A stretch of DNA of 63,999 nucleotides, filler included, from Asterionella formosa (Eukaryota): the NCBI GenBank assembly GCA_002256025.1. It is 12 parts of 12 records of this genome, joined end to end, with 100 filler letters (N's around TTAATTAATTAA, not from the genome) between each part and the next. Parts side by side here need not be neighbours in the genome. Positions count along the whole stretch, not along the records: positions 48,387 to 53,648 come from NKIB01013144.1; positions 53,749 to 59,007 come from NKIB01013145.1; positions 59,108 to 63,999 come from NKIB01013308.1; 9 more parts are not named here. One strand, written 5' to 3'. The position numbers were made by a program, and so were the translations under genes. Positions 49,241-62,920 of this stretch are shown in pieces. Each line of letters begins with the position of its first letter. Within the stretch, counting starts at the first letter, position 1. The notes beneath the pieces were generated by a model. That model worked only from the letters and a program-made list of their open reading frames with translations, had not been told where the DNA came from and did not search any database.

Positions 49241-49654
49241 CAACGGCCAATACAACGGCGAAAAGCGAAAACCCACAAACCTTCATATATTAATGAATGA
49301 TGTGCACATACATCTCACCAAAGCCCATTACAGAGGACGATAGTCCAATCGCCATCAGATCACCTAGAAGGAGAACCACAGATGAACATCAAATGTCCAT
49401 CCAACCTCCAACAACGTAAATCGGTTCGTGGCAGTTACAAATCGAATTCAAATCATGACCCGGAAACCCATCAGATATATTCATACCGCAGTTGACATGT
49501 AAACACGCACGTGGAACACAGGATATCTCACATATTGTTGTATAACCATTCCGATGAAGGTCGGAACATATCCTGGCTACTGATGTTGTTGAGGTTGATG
49601 GCGCCACTTTTTCTTCCCTTCATCCTTGCAATGTTTCTTTGGCAACAGACGTAG

Positions 49655-50700
49655 AAAAATCAATTTGGGTCTGCTGAGAGTTGAACCAAATAAAATAATT
49701 AGCTAGGTCTGCGTAAACCAGGTTGAAAACAGCTTTGTTGTGTTGGATAATCAAGGGTCAAATCATGAAAGCTTAATTATTCATATTGAAAGTGACACTC
49801 GGTTTGGTTCTGCTGAGGGTTCAACTCAATGAAACAATTCCATTTTTGTCGAATAATTTAAACTGACTGCGAATGTGTTGTTTTAACCACAATGAAAGAC
49901 TTGCCTACAAATAAGGGAGTACGAATGAGCTCTAAAACATACAATCCTTCTTGATTTTTATGATAATTTCATCGTCACGACGAAGTTTATTACTCATGAG
50001 TTTGAAATCGATATACAGTGTTGGTCTTCTGACAGTCGCCCAGTTCAACTCCAATAATGTAACACAATTTGAGTTGCATCCACTTACTAAAACGAAAACC
50101 AACATAGCGAGAATTGAGTTGTTGAATCTATAATCATAAGAAGGATATTAAAGAATTTGGAAAGTAAAAATATACTTGGCTGGGTTTTCTGACAGATAAA
50201 TTAAATATAAAATTCGTATTGAGTTGAGTTTTCTTCGAAGAAGAGAATGTTGGAGCGATTAGCTTTCAAACACTAAACATGGTTCTGCTGAGTATAGCCA
50301 AGTTCTGTGGTATTGATGGCGGAGGGAAGGGAAATATTTGTGACAAAAGGAAATAATATATTAGTAGTAGCAAATCAAAAAATTAAAGAATGAATATTTA
50401 TTTTAAAAATATCAAACATGCTTTACTAGTCAACTTGCTTAGCTTGTGCATTTCGACCTTTATCAACTATTCAATGACTTCCTGAAAGGCCTACCAAACG
50501 CCATGAGCATTACTAGCCAAGAGGATTGTTAATTTGAGCAGCCATCAAGTCTTGTAACAATAAAAAGATGGAACAATGACGCCATGGTGTGTAAGTGTGT
50601 TGATCGTGATGCATGTATCAAATTCTTTAAAACACACTTGAACTCCTCACGAAAAAATTATCCATGTACACAATACAGGATTCCATAAATTTATTTAGCC
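49655..50700 (+). repeat. ~1.05-kb interspersed repeat, copy 1
   Basis: Colinear with 61290-62324 from AAAATC.ATTTGGGTCT.CTGAGAGTTGAACC to GGATTCCATAAATT.ATTTAGCC. Confidence 0.9.
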
Positions 50701-52091
50701 TGCAATATGTTGACAATACAAAATCTCTAAATTGCTATGGTGCGAAATAGGTTGCATGTTTACATTGGGGTGTTGCACTAAATTGCGCCATAATAATAAT
50801 CCAACTGAATAAAAGCGTTAAAGGAAGCTAAATTAATTTGGAGTTTTAAACATAAAATAATATTGTATATGAAGATAAAATGTCGACCCCCCGCTCAACA
50901 AGGTAATTTAATTTTCTTCCAATGTGGTGCCTCACTCAACATTTTCGAAGTTTTTTATCTCACCAAAGACTGGAGCAAGCAACTTCAATCGGGCGCTAAG
51001 ACATCCTATAGTATGTGCATGCGTGAAACAGATGACTTGTTCATAATAAATATTGTCGTATTGCTAAAATTGAAAAAGTTTGTAGTACAAAATGTAAGAT
51101 TACCCCATTATTGTGGTTTAAGCAGGTTTTGGCTGTGCACAAGATTGATCCTGAATTTTTAGGATTGATCAATATTCCATTTATTGGCAAAAAACAGAGA
51201 AAGTTGACATCCAATACTGGAGTTATAACGAGACAACATCCAAGAGATGACAAGAACATGACTGACCATGAAAATGGTGAAAAGGATGCTAATGACCAAG
51301 AAATCCAGTAAGTGATTATAAGGGAAGGTCGTATTGCACATGCAATAAGCACCTCTGTACAAGTAAGTGTTAATGAGAAGTTATGTTGTGTTGTCATTTC
51401 AGACTTGATAGCATCCCTTGCTACAACCTTTTATTTTGATTTTTGAGGCAATCATGTATCCAATGGGAGTAAAGAGAGGAAGTATAAGATACCATATATG
51501 CAAGTCTACAGTTGCTCTATTTCCTTATCACCCCATGGTGTTTTCATGACTCTGTTCTCATACCAGGTCAAATCTGATAAAACCTGACATGGAGAACTAA
51601 CAGATGCTCATGCAAGAGGCTAATAGATAGTGATTGACTATAGGTTGATAAAAACAGATATGTACAATAAATCAAGCAAGGAACAGTAAAAAACTAGATA
51701 TGATCTAGTCTTGATTAGCAGGATTTAATCTGTCAGCTATCTCCAGTCAAGAGCATCTATTTAGGGCTACATAACAGTCTTCGAGGTCTAAGTGGGCAAA
51801 AGTGTTCAATTAGGAAGTGAATGTAATTTGGTACCACATCAATTGTGTATTAAAACTTTAGCTTTTTTTTATCATATATCAATTGTTTATTTAAGCCAAA
51901 TGACCGCAACTTGCAGGTACAGGTGTGTATGTATTGTTCTTCGTCCTTTTTACTTAGCTAGCGGTACCGCAACTCCGTGATCTCCGACATCGGGTGATTT
52001 AATTTTCAAACCTTGTGGAATTTGTTCTCCCTTTCATTTCTCTGAACTTAGCTGTTCATCTCTGCTTTCGTTGGACCCTGTTAAATTAATC

Positions 52092-53648
52092 ATGTCGTAC
52101 TCTTGTGCTGTGCAAGCTACTCGTACATATAGCGATGAACCTCAGAAAGAGGATGCGTCTCAGCCGGTTAATACCTCGCAAGAATATGTAGACAATGGGA
52201 AGGAGACAGCTGGATTCAGACAGCTGTTCGTGCAAAGGCGTCGAGCAAGACGTGATTTCCTAAGGAGATTGCAAGCTGAAGTAAAAGCCATGTCACCTTT
52301 TAGGCGCTCATGGATGAATATAAGGAGATTGTTCTTGGGAATCTGTCCCTGTTCTGTCAAGACGACCAATAATATCTTAGATCACCGAGCATCTGAACAA
52401 TACCGCATCGCCCCCCGAGACGAAGTTGGAAACTGCTTGGTGGCTGAATTCAGCTTTTTGACTGAAGGCAGACTCGTTTCTTGGACTCTGTGGCACTATC
52501 GAACAACCTTCGCAAGGTCCATCATTTCATTTTGGTTTCTATATTTGGTTTTCATCTGGTTTTACGCATTCATTATTCGAGCGACCGTAATAAATACATA
52601 TGAGGACATAGGTTCAGTATGTATTACATATTGGGACTTTAATTCAACAGATTTTATGCCTAATTTCTCGAAGGCATTCGAGTTATCTTGGACAACAATG
52701 AGCACTGTGGGTTATGGCACCATCGCAGTGCCGTTGGCATCGAATTGTACAGCTTTGCGAATAATACTGGCAACCGAGGCCTTCATTGGGATTCTCTACA
52801 TTGGTTTTTGTGGAGCCATAACCTACTCAAAGGTAAGACAGTACCTATTCCTGTGAGTTCGTTGATCAGGTGAAAACGTGTGCTAACTACTCGCCCGAAG
52901 GTATCAAGACTACATGGCACTGCTCGTGTTGATTTCAGCAGTGCCATCTGTTTGCAATACGGTTCCGGTGTCGGTAAGTATCGACAGAACAAAATATCTA
53001 GCATTCAAGGAAACTCTGCTCCTCAGACTCTCAACTCAAGGGACGATGAAATTGTCAGACCAGACGACGATGTGTTGACAGCGTCCACATATCCCTTCAT
53101 TGAAATACGAGTGGTAAACAGCGTACGTGTCTAAACTCTCACGATTTTAGCCGCCAGTGTATTGTTTTGACACTTAATCCGTTTACGGTCGATCTGACTC
53201 GTGCCCTTTTCCAATTCATTTTAGCGACCCGATGGCGTTGGCGGAGAAATTTCAAATGCAACAATCACATGTGTAGCCAGCAGCATTCGTTTTATGAGAT
53301 CGGATTCAAGTAGTGATATCCGTAGCGACAGTCCTCATGGATCGGAATCTGAAGGAAAACAACAAGATGACTTTGAAGGTCTATTTTCTGTCCAGCATGC
53401 CGGTCGTGACGACGTAAGTGTTCCCAGCCTCAAACGCACGTTCCAAACGATCAAAGTGACACCAGACTCTCATCCATATTTTACCCAAGGTTCATGGAAT
53501 CTCCGACATCAACTGGATCAGAAATCACCTCTGTTAAAGCCATCTATTCGACGTGTCATCCGAGAAATCGGAGGTTGGCCAACATATCTCAACGATCCTG
53601 TCAAGATTCGAAAGTGTCTTTCTTCTGATATTTTCAGTATTCACATCA
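52092..53648 (+). CDS. Inward-rectifier (Kir)-like K+ channel, 3'-truncated; introns 52833-52900 and 53123-53224
   Basis: Two TM helices flank AFELSWTTMSTVGYG, followed by KVSR...ARVDFSSAI, PFIEIRVVN and HPYF...RHQLDQKSPL cytoplasmic motifs. Start uncertain. Confidence 0.85.
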
Positions 53649-53748
53649 NNNNNNNNNNNNNNNNNNNNNNNNNNNNNNNNNNNNNNNNNNNNTTAATTAA
53701 TTAANNNNNNNNNNNNNNNNNNNNNNNNNNNNNNNNNNNNNNNNNNNN

Positions 53749-55995
53749 AGATCCGAGTTAAAATCATGTCTGAGATTATTGATGCCATCCATCATCTTCA
53801 TACTGGTACAGAGGCCAAGATCGGTCTGTTTCATTGTGACATCAAGCCACATAATATCTGCCTTGATCAGAACTACACAGTCAAACTGATTGATTGTGGC
53901 CTAGCCAAGTTTTTTCCTTTGGATCAGTCCACTGATAGCAGTAAATATTCTTTTTCAGTTCTCAACACATCACCTGCTAGTGTTGTTGGGGCACATGCTG
54001 CTTGTGATGGGACACGAGGCTACACATGTCCATGGTATTCTAAGGGATTTAATAAATTTGAAGCATCATGTGATGTTTACTCATTTGGCATTGTCATGAT
54101 TGAGCTTGTGAGAGGCTGCCTCCAAAATAAGCAATTGGAAAATTTCTCTGAACGCTACCTTCCAAGTCATTTTGAAGGAAACCCAGCACAGGCATTGAAG
54201 TTGGCAATTCCAGAACTGGTAAGAGATGTTGATCCTCTTGCAGAGAAATGGGAAGATGGAATTCTGTCTTCGGTGTGTGAACTAGCTATTAGTTGCATTC
54301 AGTACAATCGCGCAAAGAGACCAACAACTAATGAATTGGTTGAAAAGTTGCATCAACTTGTATGGCCAATAGAACATAAAGCAACTGATCTTATTTCCAT
54401 TGGTCAATCGAAATTGAAGGAAGCTATGGAAAATGTGAATTCAAGACCAATCGAGCTTCCTAAGGAATTCATTACTTATTGTACAAACAATTTTGCTGTA
54501 GACAGAAAACTTGGTCAAGGAGCTTTTGGTGTTGTCTACAAAAGCCAAGATGACAATTGGGATTTCGCTGTTAAATGTATTCTTTTCAATATTGCTGTTG
54601 AGAAAACCAAGGTGGAGGAAGTTACCAAGAGTTTTAAAAGAGAATTGCAGGTGAGCTCATTTATGGTATCAAATATTGCATTTCATTTCAAGTCTTTATG
54701 TTTCTCATTCTACTATCATACTGTTTCAGGCATTAAAGAGGTTCCAACACCCCAATATTGTAACTTTGTATGGCTATCTGATTCGCCTAATCAATACCTT
54801 GTGATTGAGTATACATCCAAGGGTTCTCTTGATAAAATTTTATGAGAGTGAACGAAATAGATCATGTCTCTCGAGTAAGATCCGACTTCTAATCATGTTC
54901 GACATTATTTGTGCCATCCATTTTCTTCATACTGATACAAAGGATAACTTCATTCTGTTTCATCGTGACATAAAATCGGCTAATATCTGGCTTTCAAATA
55001 ACTATACTGCCAAACTGATTGATTATGGCCTTGCCAAGTTTGTGCCTGTTGATGATTCTATTGAAACCAGTCCACTTTTTTATATTCTAATGAGAAAACA
55101 ACTTCAAATGGTGTAGTCTTTGGGACACCTGGCTACATATGTCCATGGTATTCAAAGGGAAATAAAACATTTGAAGCATGTGATGTTTACTCATTTGGCA
55201 TTGTCATGATTGAGCTTGTGACAGGCTGCCTTCAAAATGATTGGACAAAGTTGGGAGATTTCTCTGAACGCTACTCCCCAAATGATTTCGAAGGAACTCC
55301 AGCAGAGGCATTGGTGTTGGCAATTCCAAAATTGAAGGAGGATGCTGATTCTGAAGCAGAATGGGAAGATGAAATTCTGTCCTCTGTGTGCTCGTTAGCC
55401 ATTCATTGCATTCAGAAGATTCGCTTAAAGAGGCCAACAACTATTGAATTGGTTAAAAAGTTGGGTCAACTTGCAAGGCCAATAGATCATATTGGGTGAT
55501 GTGAATCACCACAAATGATAATATAGGCATTGTAACAATTATCGAAAATAACTATAGTGAATAAGTGAAGTTGATCAGATTGTACCTTTATAATAATTGT
55601 GAGCTCTCTATGAACCATCACTTCTGAAAAGGCAGCCATTGTCCCAAAGACTTTGCCAAACCAAAAAGGGCTGTTGCCAACACAATTCAGTGCAAAAATG
55701 GAAAATAATAAAATTGCACTGAATGTGAGAATTGAGTTGAAACATTGAATTTGCCATTTGTTGCATTCAGACCAATCACAAAAGTAGACCAACAACTATT
55801 GAATTGGTTGAAATGTTGGGTTGACTTCTAGGATCATATTATGAAATGTGAATTGTCACAAATGATAATTGCCTTTGACAATATTGACCTAAATGAAAGC
55901 AGTTCACTATGTGTCTTTTGTGCCAAAGATTCTACTCCTGTTTTCACTAGCCAAAACTATTCCACATGCAAATAATAATGCTTAGAGGATCATGT
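53749..55995 (+). pseudogene. Decayed tandem-kinase paralogue of the 37658-40032 gene
   Basis: A kinase C-lobe (53749-54370), then a full second kinase with the same intron (54651-54729) and several frameshifts. A remnant third C-terminal segment (about 55740-55830) and a RING-start remnant (about 55900-55995) follow. Confidence 0.85.
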
Positions 55996-57699
55996 ACAGT
56001 CCTGCACATGTGGAAAAGTGAAGAGCATACTGAATTACTACACTCAAAAGGTAACTATGAGTCTACAGGTGTACCCGCTATGTAGTGCTCAAGTTGAATG
56101 TTACCTCCATCTGACCATGATGATAGGCACTTCTTCTTTCCATGATATGATGGCTGATTGATGTGGCAATGCAAGATTTGACTCGTTGGATTACAATTGA
56201 GTCCACACTCCCTGTGAATCAAGCTAATATTCTTGACAAAAAAGGGGCTATGAACCTTTAAAAAAAATTCAAAGCTTTGGACAATTCGAAACCAAGATAC
56301 AATAATGATACCACAAGTTCTTTCGGAGTATATGCAGTTAGTTTACAGAATGTGTGGTATGCACGGTTTATTGTAACATAGCAGTACCAGATACCAGGTA
56401 CCAGTTAAAAATGGCTTTGAGCCACAATATTCTATTATTTTCCGACTAATTCTAGAAGTATGTTAGTTCATAAAGCTACATGAGAATTAGATCATTTCTT
56501 TACTTGAACATATTTTAACTGAGATCTATCCATTTTAAAAGTGTTGGCATTGCAACAAATGTAGCGAATTGTTAATGGATCTGATGCTGCTCAGCCAGCT
56601 CGCAGATCATTTGGATCATTTTTTGTTGTGTGATAAACAGGAATATAGAGTGTATAAACTGCAAACTGCAATTTTTGAAATCACAAAATCGGTTGGATGA
56701 ACATGAACTGCAATCAGCAAAGCGCAACCTGAATGACACTCTGAGAAGTCAAATGATGAAGAACCGACAATCAGAAGAAATTGCACAGATCATGGATGCT
56801 TTGGAGAATGAAAGTGAAGATGAAACAGAAAGCAACAGCAAAGATGAGAATGTCAGATATCAACCTGATTATGACAATAGTTTCGACTTGTCGCAGTCAT
56901 TAGAAGGGGTAATTGGAGAGGTGACTGGTTAGGTCCCCTTGAAAGTGAGGAATTTGACCTTCTTCAAGTCTTCTAGCTATTGACGAATATGAAGGGCATG
57001 AATTGCCCTCAATTTTATGGCTTCTTAAAAAGTTGCGAGACGAGAAACGAAAAGAGGAGTTTGATTGTATCACAGAATCTGCTGTTTGTTGTGCTTTGTC
57101 AGAACCAGAAGATGGAGTGTTTTATGAAAGAAGTATTCAGTTTTTGATGAAGGTGAGGAGGCTTACAAATTGAAGCCTTTGTATCTTTTGGGGTTAGTAG
57201 GCTATCGCATTTTCTTTTGAAGGACATTGAGAAATGATGCACGTGGTCATGGTCGGATTTTTGAGCTCATTGGGATGAATCGCTTTTCACTCAATGTAAA
57301 TGTTACTTTGGCGAGCGAGTTTTTTGTCTTCGGAAGAAAACAATCTCATTGCAACCTTTCGCGTTGTAGAATGCTACAAGCTTCTACGTAGAGTTCAGTG
57401 CTCGTTGAATGTATCAATAATATAATATACTAGATAGGTATGCCGGATCAAACATCTTTTATTTCTGATGAGCAATTTTGGACAAGGAAATTCTAGAGCT
57501 GAATGACTATAATGCTAACTCTTCGTTCATTCTCCGGATCGATGCGCAGTTGTGTGGAAAAATGCAGTTGAATAACTGGATGCATCGAATCGGTTTCTGG
57601 CACCAAGTTATCGGAACTCGCTCGGCGTTTTGTTATTGGAATTCTCGTATAGAGCAAAAGCCTTTAACAACATGAACGTAGTTTTGTGGAAGAAAGTTT

Positions 57700-59007
57700 G
57701 GAGTTTGCGACCGTGATCATTGAGAACGACATTAAGATCCAACAAAAACGCAAAGACGAGTGTTCCTTGCTTCCAGTTCTAGCTCTTATTTTCAATCGAA
57801 AATAAGCTTACTACAAAGGAAGCAAAGTAAATTGGCAGGAGGTACACCCGTTGACGAGTTTTTAGCTTTGCGAATGGTTCAATTGACCGTTTTTGTGTTG
57901 GAAGCATGCCCACCTGAACAGGCGATGGCCATTTGTCAACGCAAATCAAGGAAGGTTGGCGTCTCTTCTTTTCAAAGAATTAACGGCTTACTTGTCATCA
58001 AGGCATAAGGCTGATGTGAAGTCATCACCTATTCCGAAAAGAGTAAGTGTTGAACCTACTTTGCCTTGCATTTAGATCTTCCTTGTTCGTGTCTCACATT
58101 TTGGAATATGATTTCAATGCAGAGATCCGTTGGAAGCGTTGATATAAAGGTGGACAACACTGCCGCTCTCTACAAGCGCTTACGAATTCTTCGTTATGTT
58201 AATGGTGTTTCTGAAACTGTGAAGTGAAGTATTGTACAACTTCAACATCTGTGGCAATTGTGTGACATTCCTGCTGATAGGGAGGAGGTAATGGTGTTTG
58301 TTGCACATGCATCAACTTTTGGTGACTTCACAGAACTTGAAGCAGCAATAGCGCCTCGCCCTCAGGGTCAGAATGACTCAAGCCTATCCTCTGCTTTGTC
58401 TGATGAGGTAAGGACATCCGCTTAGCTTGACCTTTTCTGCTCACAAGCAGTAAGTTGGGACAAGTTGGGTGAGGGTGCGAACAGGAGTTTCTATCTCATG
58501 TTCAAGAAACTTTCCCAGTCACCTGCCGCTTCGCTTACAGCCAGCAGTCCCGCTCTGTGGCGTATTTGCCTCACGGCCAGCAACGAGAATGTTGCAGCTC
58601 AATCGATGAAAGATCTCCTTGCTGTGTACGCTGCTATGGCCAGTGCAACAAGTCTCACAACGCTTGGTCATGTGGACCACTGTCTGCCGCTTCTGAACAG
58701 ATGCAGATTGACAAAATAGATGAAAACTTTGGAGACCGAGTTTTTGGATGCCTTGCAGAAGTCAAGAAGGGTCTTGATGCTAGAGATCCTTCATCAGAGC
58801 GATCAGCGGAACGATGTTTAAGTATCCTGAATGCAGCTGTTGGTGAAGACGGAAGCAGTGGTAGGTCTATCACACGGTCTACTGTGTCACTTCTCTTGTC
58901 TCTTCCAATTAAAAAAGAATATTGAGTCATAAATTTGATTTGTTGAAAATAACTGTTGACTTTGTGTAGTTGCTCCAAGAGGTCATCAGATCTGCTCCAA
59001 ATGATCC
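57700..59007 (+). pseudogene. Decayed fragment resembling the N-terminal solenoid of USP9/USP24/USP34-type deubiquitinases
   Basis: YKRLRILRY...LQHLWQLC, ALWRICLTASNENVAAQSMKDLL and SAERCLSIL, with stops and frameshifts. Confidence 0.4.
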
Positions 59008-59107
59008 NNNNNNNNNNNNNNNNNNNNNNNNNNNNNNNNNNNNNNNNNNNNTTAATTAATTAANNNNNNNNNNNNNNNNNNNNNNNNNNNNNNNNNNNNN
59101 NNNNNNN

Positions 59108-59258
59108 AGGGATGTGACGAATCATGATACGAAGATCCTCCTCGAGGGATTCTTGCCGAGATTGATGACAATTTTGGTTTAAACGCATCCATTGGGACAA
59201 CCAGAAGAATGAGAAAGGCCAATAATGCCGCTGGCAGGAGTGTCGGACCTTTTTCCAT
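59108..59258 (-). CDS. 5' end of a gene with a signal peptide (secretory or complex-plastid targeting), truncated by the contig end
   Basis: MEKGPTLLPAALLAFLILLVVPMDA-FKPKLSSISARIPRGG: hydrophobic core, A-F junction and a PRGG motif. Confidence 0.6.
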
Positions 59259-61289
59259 TGTATATTGTAAATGATGTGCTTTGAATCTGCTAATGATATG
59301 ATCCGTTTAGCCTGAAAGGTCGTTTATGTAGACTCTTGTTGGTTGGAACATAAGTTATGCCATTACCGGTACCATAAGGTGCCGTCATCGGTAGTTGAAA
59401 TGTTTGAGAATGGTACCAGGTACAAGGTATACCTGGATTATTATGAATATGCATGTATAATTAATTAATCGAGTCCACTGTGTGGATGAGAGGTACAAAT
59501 GATGCCAGGTACTGGTACCATGTCGAAGCAACTGCTCTCAGGAAAAGCCAAGTGGCAGATTTTGGTGACAACCTATAATAAAAAAGATCATATATACCAT
59601 AATAGCGACCAGCCATGTCGAAAAGGTCCGTACTCCTTCCCGCGGGCTGCGTCTCTCTTCACGTAGGCTCTTACGTGCTCGTAGTACTAGTACCACTTAC
59701 TTTCTCTCTGGTCTGCCGCTATGTTAGCCTTCCTGCTAGATAAACTGATTGACCTTCCTGTCAATTAACACTCTTTTTCCTCAATTGATAATCTAAACTC
59801 AAATTAAATTATAAGCTAAACTAAATGGTTCCTTTCCATGCATCTTTGCTTCCCACAAAGTCGTTCTAAGACTCTCCTCGAATTTCCACTTTACATTTCC
59901 ATAGAAATCTTCAAGCTTTTTTGATCTTGTAGATAGCTGATTGATGTGGCAATGCAATATTCGACTCGTTGGATTACAATCGAGTCCACAATCCTTGTGT
60001 CTCGAGCTAATCTTCTTGACACAGCCACCAATCATTTTAGGAAAGTCTCTGACAACAAGAAAGCAAGGTACCTGGTATCAGGTACCAGGTAGTTACTATG
60101 TAAGTGTGATGAGTTGTATTTCAGTTTTACCGGACACTTCGACATTTATGTAGGAAGATATGAAAAGGCTACATACAATGAATTCTACACAAGAGTTTAC
60201 CACAGGACGGAATTCAGAATCCGTTCATATGCCATACTTGATGTCGAAATAGGGCAACAAATTATAAAATACACAATACATGATGTATGAAATCTTGCAT
60301 GGATTTGTACGTTTCACCCGATATACATAGTACCCTCAATGCACCAGTTGACTACCCCCACCAGTAGCATTTTGAGTTAGCTAGCAGTACCAAAGTCATG
60401 CTATTTTGTACCAAAGTCATGCTATTTTGAGGTGGTGTTGGATCTCACATCATGGCAATAAATAGCAATTCAGATCGAAAATATTTGGCCTGCTAAGATT
60501 TAACTGGCACCATATACATCTAAGCCGCGACATTTGAACAGGCCTTTTAAGAAAAGCAGTGTTCTTTGGAAAGTATGAGTGATAGCAGATGAAATGACAC
60601 AATATGGAGACCCGCAATGGAGGCCTTCAAGGTGAGCTTAATCTTCAGTTTTCATAATTGTATCAGCAAAGCGAGCGAGAAATCACATGGTTCTGTTATT
60701 GTTATCTAAATTTATTTTACATTGTAGCCGTCCCTTTCACAACAGGAGCATTCTCGTGAACGCATCAGTGAGTTGTGGTGCTGCCTGGCTGATGCCATTT
60801 TGTTGTTTCAATTCGACTACCCCGAGAAACAGTTGAATACTACCACATCTGTGTGTTGCTTTCTGCTGTTGCTAGTTCTATCATATGAATTACTGACACA
60901 CTGTTGTTATGTAAATCTCTGCAGGTCAATGAAGAAGTCATTTCATGGACAAGAAGGAAGCCAGTGTGTGAGGATGCATTCATGTTGCAACTTCGTAGAA
61001 TGATGCCTGTTCAAGAGTGAATAATTTCCCCCTTCTGAATGAATGGCTTCTCCTCGTCTAGCAATGTCCTTACAGATGTCTCATACTGTCTGCCTTCTCA
61101 AGACTGAAGATTCCATTCTGAAAGAACAGCTTTGTTTGATTGCATATCGAGATTTATTTCCCATGTATCGAAAACAAACAGTTCGGTCTTGTTTGTGCCA
61201 ACTTTTTCGAAAAGTGCATACATACTGTTTGTTGTACAGGATAATCTATCATTTTATGATGAAGACTAGTGATGATTCATATGGAAAGC

Positions 61290-62324
61290 AAAAATCGATT
61301 TGGGTCTACTGAGAGTTGAACCAAAGAAAATAATTAGGTCTGCGTCGACTAGGGTGAAAACCACTTTGTTGTGTTGGATAATCAAGGGACATATCATGAA
61401 AGCTAACGATTCATATTGAAAGTGAGACTCGGTTTGGGTCTGCTGAGAGGTTCAACTCAATGAAGCAATTCAATTTTTTGTCGAAAAGTTTAAACTGCCA
61501 ATATGTTGTTTTGAGCACGATAAAATACTTGCCTAGAAATTGGGGAGTACGAATGGGCTATAAAACATTCAATCATTTTAATTTGTAGCATTATTTCATC
61601 GTCATGACGATGTTTATTAATTCATGAATTTGAAATCGAGATTCAGTGTTTGTCCACTGAAAGCCAGTTCAACTCGAGAAATGTAATACGATTTGAGTTG
61701 CATCCACTTATTAAAACAAAACCCAACATAGCTGGTATTGATCTGTTGATTCTATAATCATAACAAAGGATATTTTCACATGTGGAGAGTGAAAATGCAT
61801 TCGGGTTCACTGACAGATTCATATAAAAAATAAAATTCTAATTGAGTGGAGTTTTGTTCGAGGAAGGGAAGGTTGGAACGATAAGCTGTCAAACATGCCT
61901 TAAACATGGTTCTACTGAGTATATCCAAGTTATATGGGCATGATAGAAGAAAGGGAAAGATTTGTGACAAAAGGAAATAATAGTATATGGTAGCAAATCA
62001 AAAAAAAGAATAAACATTTATTTGATTATTATGAAACATGCTTTACTACTTAACTTGCTTAGCTTGTGAATTTCAACCTGCATCAACTATTCAATGACTT
62101 TCTGCAAGCAGGCCTATCAAGCGCAATAAGCATTCGCCAAGAGGATGATTAATGGGGGCAGCCATCAATTCTTGCAGCATTGAAATGATGGAACAATGAC
62201 GCCATGTTGTGTACCGGTAAGTGTGCTGATCGCGATGCATGTCTCAAAATTCTTTCAAGCGTACTTGACCTCACGAAAAACTTATCCGTGTACACAACAC
62301 AGGATTCCATAAATTAATTTAGCC
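61290..62324 (+). repeat. ~1.05-kb interspersed repeat, copy 2
   Basis: Homologous to 49655-50700. Confidence 0.9.
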
Positions 62325-62337
62325 TTTGGTAGGATGC

Positions 62338-62920
62338 TAAGAGGAAGATTCACACAGTAGAATTAAGCACACGTAGCTAGTAGAAGTAGAAATATTATAG
62401 CACATTGTTTAGTCATTTTTGATTGTTGAGTTTACAATAGCAAGCCACCAGATTAGAAATAAAGCATTGTTGATCCTTGTCAAGCATCTTTGAGCCTTGC
62501 ATGTCGCCACAGTGACTCAAAACTGATATGTGCCTCAATGGCATTCTCCTTTTTGGAGCGGCTACAAACAGTCTGCAAAGATAACTCTAGCAATTACAAT
62601 ATGGAAAACGAAGCAAATGATGAGGAGCTTCCAACGATCGAAATTGTAAATTTCTATAGAAACAGCTGTAGCATATTTTTTGTGTTCATCGCATATCTCC
62701 GTTGGGACTCAAAACTGAGATGTGACGCCATGGCCTTCTCCTTTTCGGAGCTGATACAATTTGTCTATAATTATAAATCTATCAATTACAATATAGTAGA
62801 TGCAGAAAGTGACAAGGAGCTGTGGTCGATCGAATTTATGACGTTCTATAAAAATATCTCTTGCAAGTTTTAGCATTCATTGCATGTCGCCGTAGTCAGT
62901 CGAAAATGAGATGTGCCGCC
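62338..62920. repeat. Leader plus about 2.2 diverged copies of the 191/192-bp unit, inverted relative to 27450-28725
   Basis: GCAT(G/A)TC.CC anchors at 62499, 62691 and 62882. The segment 62338-62505 is the reverse complement of about 28560-28725. Confidence 0.85.

Noticed and set aside
56630..57400. Coding-like decayed sequence
   Set aside because: Multiple stops and no identifiable domain.
5290..59107. Regularly spaced TTAATTAATTAA motifs every ~5.37 kb
   Set aside because: These are artificial six-frame-stop linkers between size-sorted contigs, not biology. Gene-neighbourhood arguments across them are invalid.
62490..62873. Apparent 64-aa repeat protein (also 27360-27632)
   Set aside because: Unit length is often 191 bp, which breaks the frame. 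It is better explained as a non-coding tandem repeat.
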